Positions 1 to 52,531 of a stretch of DNA of 52,531 nucleotides are shown piece by piece. How positions within the stretch are numbered: position 1 is the stretch's first letter; each line of letters begins with the position of its first letter. The translations under genes and the position numbers were made by a program. This DNA is from Octopus bimaculoides (Eukaryota): positions 162,971,152 through 163,023,682 of the forward strand of contig NC_068982.1 of NCBI RefSeq assembly GCF_001194135.2, written 5' to 3'. The notes under the pieces are model-generated. The model was given only the letters and a program-made list of their open reading frames with translations, was not told the DNA's origin and made no database searches.

Positions 1-307
1 GTGCGGGTGGCACATGAGATGCACCATTTTGAGCGTGGCCGTTGCCAGTACCGCCTGACTGGCCTTGTAGGGTTTTCGAGCGAGATCGTTGCCAGTGCCC
101 CTGGACTGGCTCTTGTGCAGGTGGCACATAAAAGACACCATTTCGAGCGTGGCCGTTTTCGAGTGGTTGGCGTTAGGAAGGGCATCCAGCTGTAGAAACT
201 CTGCCAAATTTAGATTGGAGCCTGGTGTTGCCATCCGGTTTCACCAGTCCTCAGTCAAATCGTCCAACCCATGCTGGCATGGAAAGCGGACATTAAACGA
301 TGATGAT
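1..307 (+). mobile_element. 3' end of young RTE-clade LINE (3' UTR plus (TGA)n tail)
   Basis: Nearly the same sequence as the 3' ends of the RTE copies at 12731-13330 and 31597-33670; ends in ccaacccatgctggcatggaaagcggacattaaacgatgatgat. Confidence 0.85.
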
Positions 308-579
308 ATACACATAAATATGTAATATACACAGTATTGAAATATGGTAGTAATTGTTTCATGCAGTTGAAACAATAATTTTTATTAAGGGATCTTTATA
401 TGGCAAGTTACTTGGTGACTGAAACAAATCATAGGATTAAAGATAGGTATGTTGTTTGTGTGTATATGTATGGATATATATCTGTGTATATATGGATATA
501 TATATATATATATATAATGCTTTTTAGAAATTGTCAGACTTTCAGGAGAGATATTTATTAATTTAAAAAAGGACAAAAC

Positions 580-930
580 TAATCTCCTTCAGAGTAGGGT
601 TCTCTGACTTCAGTGTGCTTGTTGTAGCACTATGGCCACTTTGTGAAGACCTCTTGAGGGTCCTCCAAATTGAAGGTGTCCAGGACCTTTGTCACAGCCT
701 TTGTCTTCAAAATAATTATCCCTGAGGTTTTCCTCCAGCTTGGGAAACAACCAAGTGTCACAGGGCACAAGGTCTGGACAGAAGGGTGGGTGAGAGAGAG
801 TGTTGATACCTATCTCTGTCAAGTAGTTGGTTAGTAGGACACTTGTCACTGAGCACCCTCAATCTTTGTTCAGATCTGCATGAATAATTCTGTGTACATA
901 TGTGATCTTCATCCAGAAAATTGCAAATTT
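580..930 (-). mobile_element. Degenerate mariner (Tc1/mariner) transposase fragment
   Basis: Minus-strand ORF 610-849 has HPPFCPDLVPCDTWLFPKLEENL, a decayed HPPYSPDLAPxDFxLFPKLK mariner motif. Confidence 0.8.
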
Positions 931-2471
931 TCTTAACCAGTTCTGATGTCCCTCTCCCTCCCACACTTCTTTCACCTCCTCTCTGCTATTCTTTAACCTC
1001 TATTACCAGTGAAAAAGGTATTCCATAAGCAGTCAGGAGCATTTCCTAAGTTTCTGTAGCAGTTATGTCCATTTTAACACAACTTTATTGCATTATTTCA
1101 AAAGTCCCAACTGCATTCTGCAAACTAGTCAGCTATGGCAAGCAGTGTTTAGTTGGGTTCTGTTCAAAGTGTTGTTGCGGCTGTCTCCTTCAATCTGGAA
1201 TGACCAGTTGGCAGATCAGCGTATTGGATTTATAGTAATGATATACTAAAATTACAGTAATCTAGGACAGTTATAACAGCTGTCATATATATAGTACAGG
1301 GTGTTCAGGCTAAATTTTACATTTTGCAGCAGTAATAATAATATTAGCATTTTGACACTAGGTGCAAATAATAGTGATACAGGTAACTGTTTTTCAATAT
1401 TCAGATAGCTTCTAGTCCTCATTGTTGGCCAACTTTTTTCTCAACTACAATTTTTATTTTCATGCTCTCCAACACCATTGACTGTTCACTATGTCAAGCT
1501 GTCCCATAAAGGAGAGCCATTAAAAAAATCGTCAAATTTAGCCTAAATAACTTGTTTGTCCACTGGCGTAACATATCTACATTTATATATTTGTAATTGA
1601 ATAAGCTATGAGTTTGAGAATATGTATTTTAATGTAAGAATAAAGAATGTTTTATTCCTTTTATTTGTGTGTAAACAGAAATTATCCTTTAAGTGGTGAG
1701 TATGTGTGCGCACAACTTGATAAGAAGGATGGGGCATGCAAACCACTGAAAACATCTGTTGGGATGTGTCTTCCATATCTTTGTGTGTGCATGCAAGAGT
1801 GACTATTTGCTATTAAGGTAGCTGACACCTGATGCATAGACAAAATTTGGCAGAAAACAGAATTTCGGAATGATAAAAATAAAAAAATAGAAATGTGTCT
1901 GGGTTTACTTATCTAAATAGCTGATGGAATAAGTATACTTTAAGAACCATAGAGCATGAGTGAAGAACAAGGCGGAAAAGTCCTTTTGCTGATATAGAAA
2001 CTGATAACAAGTCAGTTATTTATTATTGAACCTGAAAATTTAAAATCTGTCATTTTTCTGTTCTTTTTTCATCTTTGACCAATAATTCTTGCTGGTGATT
2101 TGTTTTGTTTGTAATATGCAAATGTGATCCAGCAACTTCACCCAACTTGATGTATATTCCTGATAATTCACATTCTTTCAGAAAATGTCTTTTATATGTG
2201 ATTCTGATGAGTTTTACTTCACTTCTGTCCTTTTAATGGCACCTGGTGAATAATCAATATTATTGCATAATATGGCAACATTGAGATTGATTTCAGATGA
2301 AACAATTGAAAATTGATGTACCAAGTGAACCTGTTCACATTGTCTTTGTAATTATATGCATATTTGTTTGTGCATGTGTACATATGTTTATGTATGTTCA
2401 TATGTGTAAGTGTGCATGTATATATGTATGCATACAGTGTATATATGTATGTGATATACACATGTTAAAGA

Positions 2472-3165
2472 GGGCATCCATCCATAGAAATAATACCAAA
2501 GCAGAGCTTGGTGCAGTCTTCTGACTTACCAGCTCCAGTCAAACCATCCAACCCATGCCAGCGTGGAAAATGGACATTAAATGATGATGTGTATATTTAT
2601 ACAGCTCTATTCTCTGCTTGGGTATGGATTCTACAACTAGATACCCTTCCTAGCTCAAATTTCTTTACTAAGTGTATTGAGTGTTTGATTTGTATCAAGT
2701 GCTGAGATGTTAGGTGTAATATGGGGATGATAACTGGTGTCTTGCAGTAGAGGAAATACATGGCTACACCAGTTGCAAAAGGATAAGGAGAAGGTTGTAA
2801 AAATATGTTAGGTTACACTTTCTAGTTCTTGGGTGGGGTATAGAAGTGGTACAGATGATTGAATGAGTAAGCAAGAAGATAAAAGGAGAGTGAGAGATGT
2901 GTGCCTATGTGTATGCATGTGTTAATATGCCTGTGTGTGTTTGTATATGTATATATGGTTATGCATATAGACATGTCAGTACATGAATGTAGTGGGAGCA
3001 TGTGCCTTAGTGGTTAGGGCATTACACATTATCATAACCCTTTTTTCCATGCTGGCATGGGTTGAGCTGCCTGACAGGAGCTGGATGCCCTAACATTAGC
3101 CACTTTACAGAGTGTACTGGGTGTTTTTACACAGCACTGGCATGGGTGCTTTTTATGTAGCACCC
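2472..3165. repeat. Two RTE-tail-type short repeats in opposite orientation (+ 2472-2589, - 3030-3165)
   Basis: Both carry the ccaacccatgccagc(a/g)tggaaaa tail core. Confidence 0.7.
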
Positions 3166-3249
3166 TTATACATACATATATATAGTTATATGCCTATGTA
3201 TGCATGTATATATACGTGTGTGTGTGTATTCTTTTATGTATTTAAGCCA

Positions 3250-3810
3250 AAAGGCCATGGCCATGCTAGATGCTACTAGTATCATTACCTTTCATGGCCA
3301 TTTTTATTTGGGTGGCTGCCCCCTTGAGTTTCTTACCATGATGTAGGTTCATCTGCGACCTTGGGCAACAGAATGTGTAGTTTGCTTCTTGAAGACTTCT
3401 ACCCTTACTCCATGTAGATGTCCCAAGTCTTTTGGCAGGATATTAACAACTGTTGGTCTTTGAATCCCAAGCTCTTACAGTACCTGTCCTCACTATAGAT
3501 GTGATGGGTCAGACCTTTAGAACAATACCCTGACATCTTGTTTAGTGGTTGATATCATTCTTGATGCCAAAGTTTAATGTTTACTCTTAGGATCTTCCAT
3601 GTGTATGTCACCATATATCGCTTCTATAATTCCCAGTAGCTCAGGTCACAAATTGATACCATGAGGTAACCATAGATGACAGCTGAGGACAAATATCCTC
3701 CATAGGACCAGCATAGTTCCTTGTTCTATAATAGAGCTATGCCATGGTAAAAGATCTGAGAGGGTACCAAACTTAGGCATCAAGAGTTATACCAGACCCC
3801 TAACAGGATG
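3250..3810 (-). mobile_element. Old CR1-like LINE 3' fragment
   Basis: Reverse complement contains gatgaacctacatcatggtaagaaactcaaggggcagcca, shared with the + copy at 4165-4385; decayed LINE ORF2 C-terminus. Confidence 0.55.
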
Positions 3811-3846
3811 CCATTGCACTGTTCTGAAAGTACCATCCATCTAGAG

Positions 3847-4144
3847 CAGTGATTCCCAATGTGGGTGGTATTGACCCCTGGGGCTGGTGGAAAGTTGAAG
3901 AAAAGTTGGGTGATAATGGAGTAGTGATTCATGTAAAAAAGTGGGGCGATAATGGGGTAGCAATTCATGTAAAAACAACTAAATAATGGGTTTCTTTAGG
4001 TTAAGTTATATTTGTGAAACACAGTTGCTTTGAATTTGCTTCAGAAAGAGGTCTATGTTTGTGATGGTTAGTTGGGGTGAGGGCGCTAGGAATGTGGCCT
4101 GGGTGTCAAGGGGACAGTAGTCCGAAAAAGTTTGGGAACCACTG
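3847..4144. mobile_element. hAT (Charlie-type) MITE
   Basis: TIRs CAGTGATTCCCAA / TTGGGAACCACTG (1 mismatch); 8-bp TSD atctagag / atctagaa fits the NTCTAGAN target. Confidence 0.85.
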
Positions 4145-4164
4145 ATCTAGAATAAGGACCAAGT

Positions 4165-4385
4165 ACTGCAGTAGCTAGGGATTCAAAAGCCTACAGATAT
4201 TTAATGTCTTGCCAAAACACTCAAGAAGCATACATGAAATTAGGATGTTTTCAAAACGTATCTTGACTTTCTGCTGTCCAAGATCCCAGCTGAACCTACA
4301 TCGTGGCAAGAAACTCAAATGAGGGCAGCCATTGAAATGGTAATGATACCAGAAGTGCCCCAGCATGGCACTGCCAGTATCATCA
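4165..4385 (+). mobile_element. Old CR1-like LINE 3' fragment
   Basis: FNVLPKHL...EPTSWQETQMRAA-like decayed translation; homologous to 3250-3810. Confidence 0.55.
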
Positions 4386-5762
4386 ATACTGTGGTTGATT
4401 CGTTTGACTAAGCCTTTATAGGTGTACCTCAGCATTGTTGCAGTCCAAAGGCTGAAAGCAAAAGATAAAAAGTGCATGTTTATAAATGTATATATCATTT
4501 GATGTCTGCTTTTCATGCTGGTATAGGTTAATGAGAGTGGTTCTGAGTGAGGAAGGAGGTAACTGAGAAAGCTAGAGCGTGTTGTATGTGCCTATTCTGC
4601 TCTAAGTAATAGAGAAGTGATGGGTGTTAGGGGATGAAGGCAGAGGGGCAGAGAGGATGTGTGTAGGTATGGGACAGTTCCTCACAGGCAAGCATTAACC
4701 AAGGTGGTTTAGGATATCAATACTGGTGTGGGGGACTGGTCTTGAGTATACAGGGAGACGAGATCCAGATATCTTGGTCCTTTTATTTTATATGTATATG
4801 AATATATTTGAATGCGTGCTTTTGTGAAGTTGTAAAGTATAACCACTAATTTTCAGATATAGTCTGACATTTCCCTCCTATGGTGGTAACTCAGATATTG
4901 ATTCAAATTTTAAAAGTGCACACTTGTTTGAGCCAACAGTTTGCTTGTAGGTGTTTTGTGTAAGATTAAAAAGAAGCAACTATTTGAAAAGACCTGGCAC
5001 ATATATAATATTTGTGGATGTGTGCACAAGTTTACATACACTCATTAACATTTTACAGAGTAATCTGATCAATGCTAAAAGTTTAATTCTAAATGATGTG
5101 CTAAAGGGTTGAAGATTGTAATATCTTAAGTAGGAACAATAGGTGAAAATATAAGTTACATCAAGTGCTCAAGAAGCTACTTAGACATTTTTTTGTGTGT
5201 GTGTGTTTGCATTGAAGATGAGCACAGTGATAATTACAAAAAAGAAAGACTTAGTTTATCTAACAATTTGCAGTAAAGTAAAAGCTGTTAAAGGCTGGTT
5301 TAAGAATCACTTGAATTCGCACAACAAAAAATTTATTAGTGAAACTGCTAGTGCTGATATATAGGTTGCAACTAATTCTAAACAGCTGAAAAAGTCAATG
5401 GTTAAAATAGTGTACACATCAGAACAATGTTGATGAAACTGCACTTTTCCAGAAGCTCATGCCTGCATGAAATTTTTCCTGGGATTTTTTTTTTTTTTTT
5501 TTTTCTGGAAGGAAATAACACTGATGATATGAAATTAAAGCCTCTATTTGTGTTTCGCTCCCCAAATCCAAGGCATTTCAAAGGTTATGCAAAGTTTCAT
5601 CTACCTGAAATTTAGCATTCATTTAATAAGACATGGGTGACTAAAAGCCTTTCTAAGAGAAGTTTACAAACACCTTTTGCTCTGCTGTGAAAAGGCAGTC
5701 CTAGATGTAATATATGCATACATGTGTGTAGAGAGACATAAAGAAAGCACTCAGCACTTGCT

Positions 5763-6120
5763 GTAATAGTTGGCATTAGGTTGTCTAGCTATAGAAGCAA
5801 TGCCAAAGCAGGCACTGGACAACAATGCATTCTTTGGAGCCATTGTAACCTGTCAAACTGTCCAACCCATGCCAGCATGGTACATGGACGTTAAGTTATG
5901 ATTGTGCGTGTGTGATCATCTAGCATGTGTTTTCCATGCTGGCTTAGGTTGGACAGCTTGATAAGATTTGATGAGCCCTAGTGCTGGGCTGAGCTCCACC
6001 GTCAGCTTTGGCATAGTGTCTGTAACTGGGCTCTTCTTAATGCCAACCACTTTACAGTGTGCACTTGGTGCTTTTACGTGCCACCAGCACTAATGAGGTT
6101 GCCAAGTAACTTGAGGACCG
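5763..6120. repeat. Tail-to-tail pair of RTE-tail-type repeats forming a tight inverted repeat
   Basis: 5853-5880 versus 5934-5961 are 25/28 reverse-complementary; similarity extends outward about 100 nt. Confidence 0.8.
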
Positions 6121-8345
6121 AAATAAGAAAGAGGAGGCAGGGAAACCTGCAACTAAGTGGTGGAAGTATTTGAGAGGGAGAGGTGGCTTTATGGCAGGTG
6201 TTGAAAGGCTGAAGTATGATGTGAGGATTAGAACAGGTGTCTCACTATAGAGGGGATACATGGCAACTCTGCATTCTATAAGGGTGGGTGGGACTAGTTG
6301 GGAAGAAGATAGGGATGGAAGTGATGGGTAGCCAGGGTACATGATGAGCATAAAAAAAGGATACAGACTGTGGGAAAGGTGTTACTTTTTGTAAGAGTGT
6401 GATGGAAGAAGTATGAAGTGGTGAGTATGGTGAGAGTTGCTGAGGAAAGTAGATAGACCAGAGGTAGGGAGATGATGTGCATTGTGATGGCAGATATGGG
6501 GAAGTGTTGAAGAATGGTAGCAGATATATGAGGTAACTGAAGGAACAGAAAGATAATCAGTGAAAATAATGTGGGAAGGGAAAGGAGGCTAATATATTTG
6601 TATATATGTGCATCTATGTGTGTGTATCACACACAATGTATATTACTTTGCATGGTATTATACTGGTAAAGGTTGGTGACAGGAATGATATCCAACCATA
6701 GAAAATCTGCATTAAAAAATTTTGTTTGACCCATGAAAAGATGGGGAAGGGCACATTCAAGAACAATGAAGTGTATGTGTATTTTATGTAGTATATTTTG
6801 TGTGTGTGTACACATGTATTTATACATAAACTCAGTGTACACAATTGAAACAGCATGGAATTAAGATTGTCATCTTTGTTTTATACTAAATGTAAACACA
6901 CTGTTAGAAGGCTTCTTTCTGCAGAATTATGAGATAAGATCTCTTCCTTGACATGTGTTAAAAATACAATGTAGAAGTTTAGATAGTGTGTATAAATGTT
7001 TATGCATATAATGTATGTGTGTTTAGAAAAAGTATTTTGGAACAGATTTGGTTACATAGAACACTGGTTCTAAAGTAACTCTTTATTCTTAGCCAGTTGG
7101 TTAAATATTTAAGCAACTAACTTATTTTAACTGTATACCTGTAATTTACATCCCCAAAAATGTACTACTTCATCATGTAAAATTCACATTTGTCAGAAAG
7201 GTGTGGAAAAAATATTGGTGGAGACATGGAATTGTATTTATGCTCTTTGATCAGACTTCATCCTTCATAGATATGTTTATCCCTATAGTGTTCAAACTGG
7301 CAAGATCCAGTCTCTCACACCTACCCAACAACGTCATTCTAAAAATAAACAATCATATCAAAGTCTCAAGGCTATGGGATAATGCATGATTAATTCAAAA
7401 CAATGTGGATAAATTAGCATAACATTTGACAGTAATCTGAATGCTAAAAGGTCAAGTTTTTCACCAAATGAGTAAATGTGTAGTTACTGAAGCATGGAAC
7501 AAACTACCTGCATCAGTTGTTAGTTGCTGAGGCATTGCATCTTTTAAAACTTCCATGCTTACTGAAATTTGCCAACATTACACCTGATATCCCCCCCTTC
7601 CATACACAGGCACACATGTATATCATGACTATGACTCATACACTGTTCACTTTCCTCATTTTTGTATATAATTCTATGTACTGTACATGCAACTGTGATG
7701 AGTTGTAGTGCACCTGTGCAGTATACACAATAATTTCATTATTATTATATAAAAATTATCTTTAAAAAAAATGAATACATATTTTCAAAAAATGTTTGTG
7801 TTCGCAGAGGAGAGAGTGTGTATGATAATTTGCAACAAGGTGATGAGTAAAACAAAATTAGGGTATCTTTAGTCCTTAAAGCCTTGCAAATTGCAAGATG
7901 TCATGAAAAACGAATCTAGTGCGTTCTGTGAAATGGTTGGCATTAGGAAGGGCATTCAGCCATAGAAAGTCTACCAAAACAGATATTTGAGTTCACTGGC
8001 TCATCAGCTCCTGTCAAACCTAACCTTTTGCCAACATGGAGAGCAGATGTGAAATGATTTTGATGGCGGAAGAATGACACTGAACAATGTCTGTTCATTA
8101 AAGTGGGATGCTTTTTTTTCTTTCTTCTTCTTTTGTATGCTCTTCTGTAGCAATGACTGGCAATGGTTAAAAATATAAATAGTTAAAGCTATTAGAGGAT
8201 CGTTTAAACTGAGAAAGGGTATGTTGATTTAAGTAGGTTTAGTATTTAAACCAGCCATATTAGGTTCAAATATTCTACTTGTTTTAAGTTAACATTGGCC
8301 AGATTTGGCCTCACACCTATCCTAGAATATCATTCTAAAAGTAAA

Positions 8346-8540
8346 CACTACGCTATATGCCTACTAGCCCCAAGATTCCGAGTTCGATTCCAGGCAGTGA
8401 CCTGAATAATAATAATGACAATAATAGGAATTAGAACCCAGGTTCGAAATTTTCCCATGGCACCTGATGAAGGCCAGCCGAAACATTGTGTTAACAAGAT
8501 ACAAGATGAGGACAAATATCCGTGAAATGTAAATAATTGT
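8346..8540 (+). mobile_element. Solo copy of the tRNA-headed PLE terminal repeat with hammerhead-like core
   Basis: B box GTTCGATTCC 8382-8391; GGCAC-CTGATGA-AGGCCAGCC-GAAA-CATT-GTGTT 8459-8492; colinear with 28787-29043. Confidence 0.85.
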
Positions 8541-9599
8541 ATCTAAATCTCAAAGCTACAAGATAATGCAGGAGTAATTTAAAACAATGTCAATAAATGC
8601 ACATTACATTTGACAGAATTATCTGAATGCTAAAGGGTTAAAATCTTTAGAAGTCTAACTGCAGTGTATTGGTCTTTGAAAATTACATGGGAATCATCTA
8701 TATTAAAACTTACTATAAAAATTTCAATTTAATTTATGTTCCAAGCACCAGCTTAATACTGACAAAGTTATATAGAATTTTTCATTATTTTCAAAAGTGA
8801 ATTGAAGCAAAGGGCATTATGTTTCAACAGAAATAGGGCAAAAAAAGAAAGGAAAGAAAATTTGTTTAAAATGCTTGATTCTACAATTAGATTTTTCTGA
8901 AAATTCATGTATTCAAATTATGGTGTTTCATTCAGTAGTGACTAGAAGAGCCTTCCATTCTGTTGAGGACTAACATGTATTAACTACAGTGGTGTTGAGA
9001 TGCCTGAGAATTTAGGAAACAAAGCTAGGGAGTGTAGGCTTAAGTTCCTTGAATGACTGATCAAAATGATTCTCAGTTGCTGGTTGCACATACTCCAAAA
9101 CAGACGACTATTTTGAAACATACTTTATTGCATTAATAAAAGAAGTTGCTAATTGAAATAAAAGGCATCTAGGGAAACTTCACACCAGAGTGGACAGATT
9201 TTGTTACACTTGTATACCAAGAAACTGATGGAAAATAATCCACACTGGTACATTGAAAAAGTTGTCGGTCTATGTTGAAGATTTGTGGGTCCAAGTGCAT
9301 TTCATGCACTTTCGTATAAATAACACACAGGGCTTCTATACATTTTTTAGTGAAAAAAAAATTTAATCTACTAAAATAAATGTTTGCAAATTTGGCTACA
9401 TAGTCTGTCCTGTTACCCCTTTCACTGATGATGATATATCAACTAGCCTCCCCCTCCCCGTGATGGGTGGGCATAGACCTCATTGGAAAAGACCAATTCA
9501 AACATTACAATGGCTAGGATACAAGATTTGCACCAGAAGAGTTTCAGTGTGTGCAAAACAACTAATAAATAGTATGAGCAGACATCTGCTTGCTTAGAA

Positions 9600-10118
9600 C
9601 AGGAGTCACCAAACTATGGCCCACAGGCTGGATCCAGTCTGCCATTACACTAACTTTTGTGTTAATACCTGCAATGAGAGTTCATTTGCCTCTGGTATGG
9701 CATCAGTGTTTGGAACAACTTATGTCTGTGAGCAAACATTTTCAAAAATAAAGTATGTGAAGTCAGCACATCGAATGAAGTTGACTGATGAACATTTGAA
9801 AGCAATTCTCTTGATTGGATGCAGAATTTCTAAAGCAAATATTAATGAAATCTTAAGAGCTAAACACCAGTTTCACAAATCACACCAACCTTTTTTTGCT
9901 GCCTAGTTTGTGAGATTCGGATATGTGCACACTGGATGTGATATGACTATCTTATTGCTAACATCGCCTTCTTTGATAACTATTTGGTAAGTAAATATGT
10001 TGGTTGTCTATATTTGTTGTTTATTGACTGTATTGTACTGAACAAAATGGTAATGCAGCCCATGCTCATCATTCTCTTGGTTATCTGACCCACTGTGGAA
10101 AAAGTTTGGTGACTCCTG
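9600..10118 (+). mobile_element. Internally deleted hAT (Charlie/SPIN-like) DNA transposon retaining the dimerisation-domain coding remnant
   Basis: Perfect 16-bp TIRs CAGGAGTCACCAAACT (9600-9615, 10103-10118); perfect 8-bp TSD GCTTAGAA; ORF with SVFGTTYVCEQTFSKIKYVKSAHRMKLTDEHL. Confidence 0.93.
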
Positions 10119-10474
10119 GCTTAGAACCTTGATTTTATGGAATGGTTGTCTTTATATCATCATTATAGGTATTATTTATGTTAGTTGGACTGGTCTCACA
10201 TCTTGCTATTAGTCATTGTTGTTTACTATCTAGCACTTACTGCACCAGTTGATGTTATGCTTTCCTGGTGGGGAAGTGGGGATGGATTTAACAGTTTGAA
10301 TGCTCTTCCTATCACTGTAATCAGAGGTACTGAATGCCTAAGCAGATTGCTTAAATATGGCTGGCATACATTTCTTCCATTTATTTAAAACTTGTCATAT
10401 GATTATTTTTATTCTATATTTTTCACTTCTTTAGTATTGCTATCATGCTATTATATATTTACTTTCTTTTGTAG

Positions 10475-51346
<40,872 letters not shown>

Positions 51347-52182
51347 GTAAAATATTTGATTTGTTGCCTTTGTTTGGGTTTTTGGTTTTGGACATGCTTT
51401 ATTTCATAATTGAATAATATATTGCGCAACTGGTTTTCTGATAAGGAATTTATAAACTATTGTAAAATGTTTGTTCAACATGAAAAAATAGTATTTATGT
51501 AAATATTTCTATATAGTTTAGTATTAATGTATTCCTATCTATACAAGTTCTGATGAAGCCTTGTAAATATGAACATTTAAAGCACTTTAGCTGTTATTTA
51601 TCAGTTTGCACTTACTTGTAATAACTCCAGCTAGTATGAAGGCAAACTATTTATCATTGTTTTCCATGCTGACAGGGTTAGATGGTTAAAGAACCAAGAG
51701 CCAGAGAACTGCATCAAGCTCCATTGTCTTTGTTGGCATGCTTTCTACTCATGCCATTGACCATTTAATGTTATTCTTCCTCTGTCATATTCTCTTTTCA
51801 AGTTTTGGAAATTTCAACCTAAGAGACAGTACCCATCACCTTTTCTAGCCCTACAAAATTCTAAAATTTGTTACTTGAATGCAGCATAATTTTAGATATA
51901 TGAGCAGTACTATATAGAATGCTTTGCAGATGGCCAGCAACTGGAGTAGTATTTGACTTAAAGAAAAGGTTTAGTCTTTGAGATGCATTTGAATCTCTAG
52001 TTACAATCAGTGTGGCCTACAAAGACAAGATAGTCACGGCTGGAATGCTTTTGATTATGAGGGTATCCTTACGGTCAAACAACAGCAAATTTTCATGTTT
52101 ATTATTAAGGCTATGAAGACTGAGAAAGCAACGTTTTGGACTAAGAAAACTTTCGCATTATAGCAACGAGATATATATATAT

Positions 52183-52531
52183 GAGGTATTTCGTGTTGCA
52201 AAACAGTGTAGGAGAGAGAATAGTGATGTTGTAGGAGAGAAATGTGTTCGCATGGATGATGGTACGCTTGCACTAAATGAGGATGCAAAGAAAGAGGTCT
52301 GGAGATGCCACTACGATAGATTGCTTAATAAAGAGAATGAATGGGAGGAAGAGAGCCTGCCGTATGTCGACCCAATAGAGGGACCAGCTATCCGAGTTGA
52401 TAGTACCGGGGTAGATAAAGCAATTAAGAGTATGAAGACCGGGAAAGCCCCCGGCCCATCAGGAATCACTGCAGAGATGCTCAAAATATCTGGCAGTGTT
52501 GGCTATAGCCTAGTCACCCGTATTACGAACC
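52183..52531 (+). mobile_element. RTE LINE ORF2 fragment (pre-RT linker), running off the window end
   Basis: 116 open codons EVFRVAKQCRRENSDVVGEKCVRMDDG...WRCHYDRLLNKENEW...MKTGKAPGPSGITAEMLK. Confidence 0.88.

Noticed and set aside
10185-10388. 67-aa ORF as the BET N-terminus
   Set aside because: Hydrophobic, no BET similarity and not splice-linked to 10475. The true start exon was not found in 1-10474.
51347-52531. Final CTM exon (expected IDMNxQSDL-like)
   Set aside because: No such peptide recognised after an acceptor; it probably lies beyond the window.

Overview
Eukaryotic, AT-rich genomic window with N-gaps. The repeat repertoire suggests an octopus or other coleoid cephalopod; that is inferred, not proven. 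The window is dominated by one + strand, intron-rich BET-family bromodomain gene (BRD2/3/4, fs(1)h type). I reconstructed 22 exons by hand (10475-51346, all GT-AG, phases consistent, 3462 nt, 1154 codons without a stop). They encode BD1, motif A, BD2, the acidic, coiled-coil and basic linker, ET, SEED, a Pro/Ser-rich tail and most of the C-terminal motif. The start exon and the last exon were not found and probably lie outside the window. Reading through the SEED-exon donor gives GGT-TAG, which predicts a short isoform. Introns upstream of about 35.6 kb hold fragments of RTE and CR1 LINEs, tRNA-derived SINEs, hAT, mariner, Helitron and a Penelope-like element (PLE). The most unusual signal is the PLE terminal repeat. 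It begins with a tRNA-like Pol III promoter and contains a minimal type I hammerhead ribozyme motif. It occurs as an inverted pair around a GIY-YIG remnant (28185-29043) and as a solo, 5'-inverted copy nested in another repeat (8346-8540). Other leads: a PHD finger inside an RTE ORF2, His-to-Ser at the BD2 selectivity position, a ULM-like 60-nt exon, and several long intronic hairpins that could be ADAR substrates.
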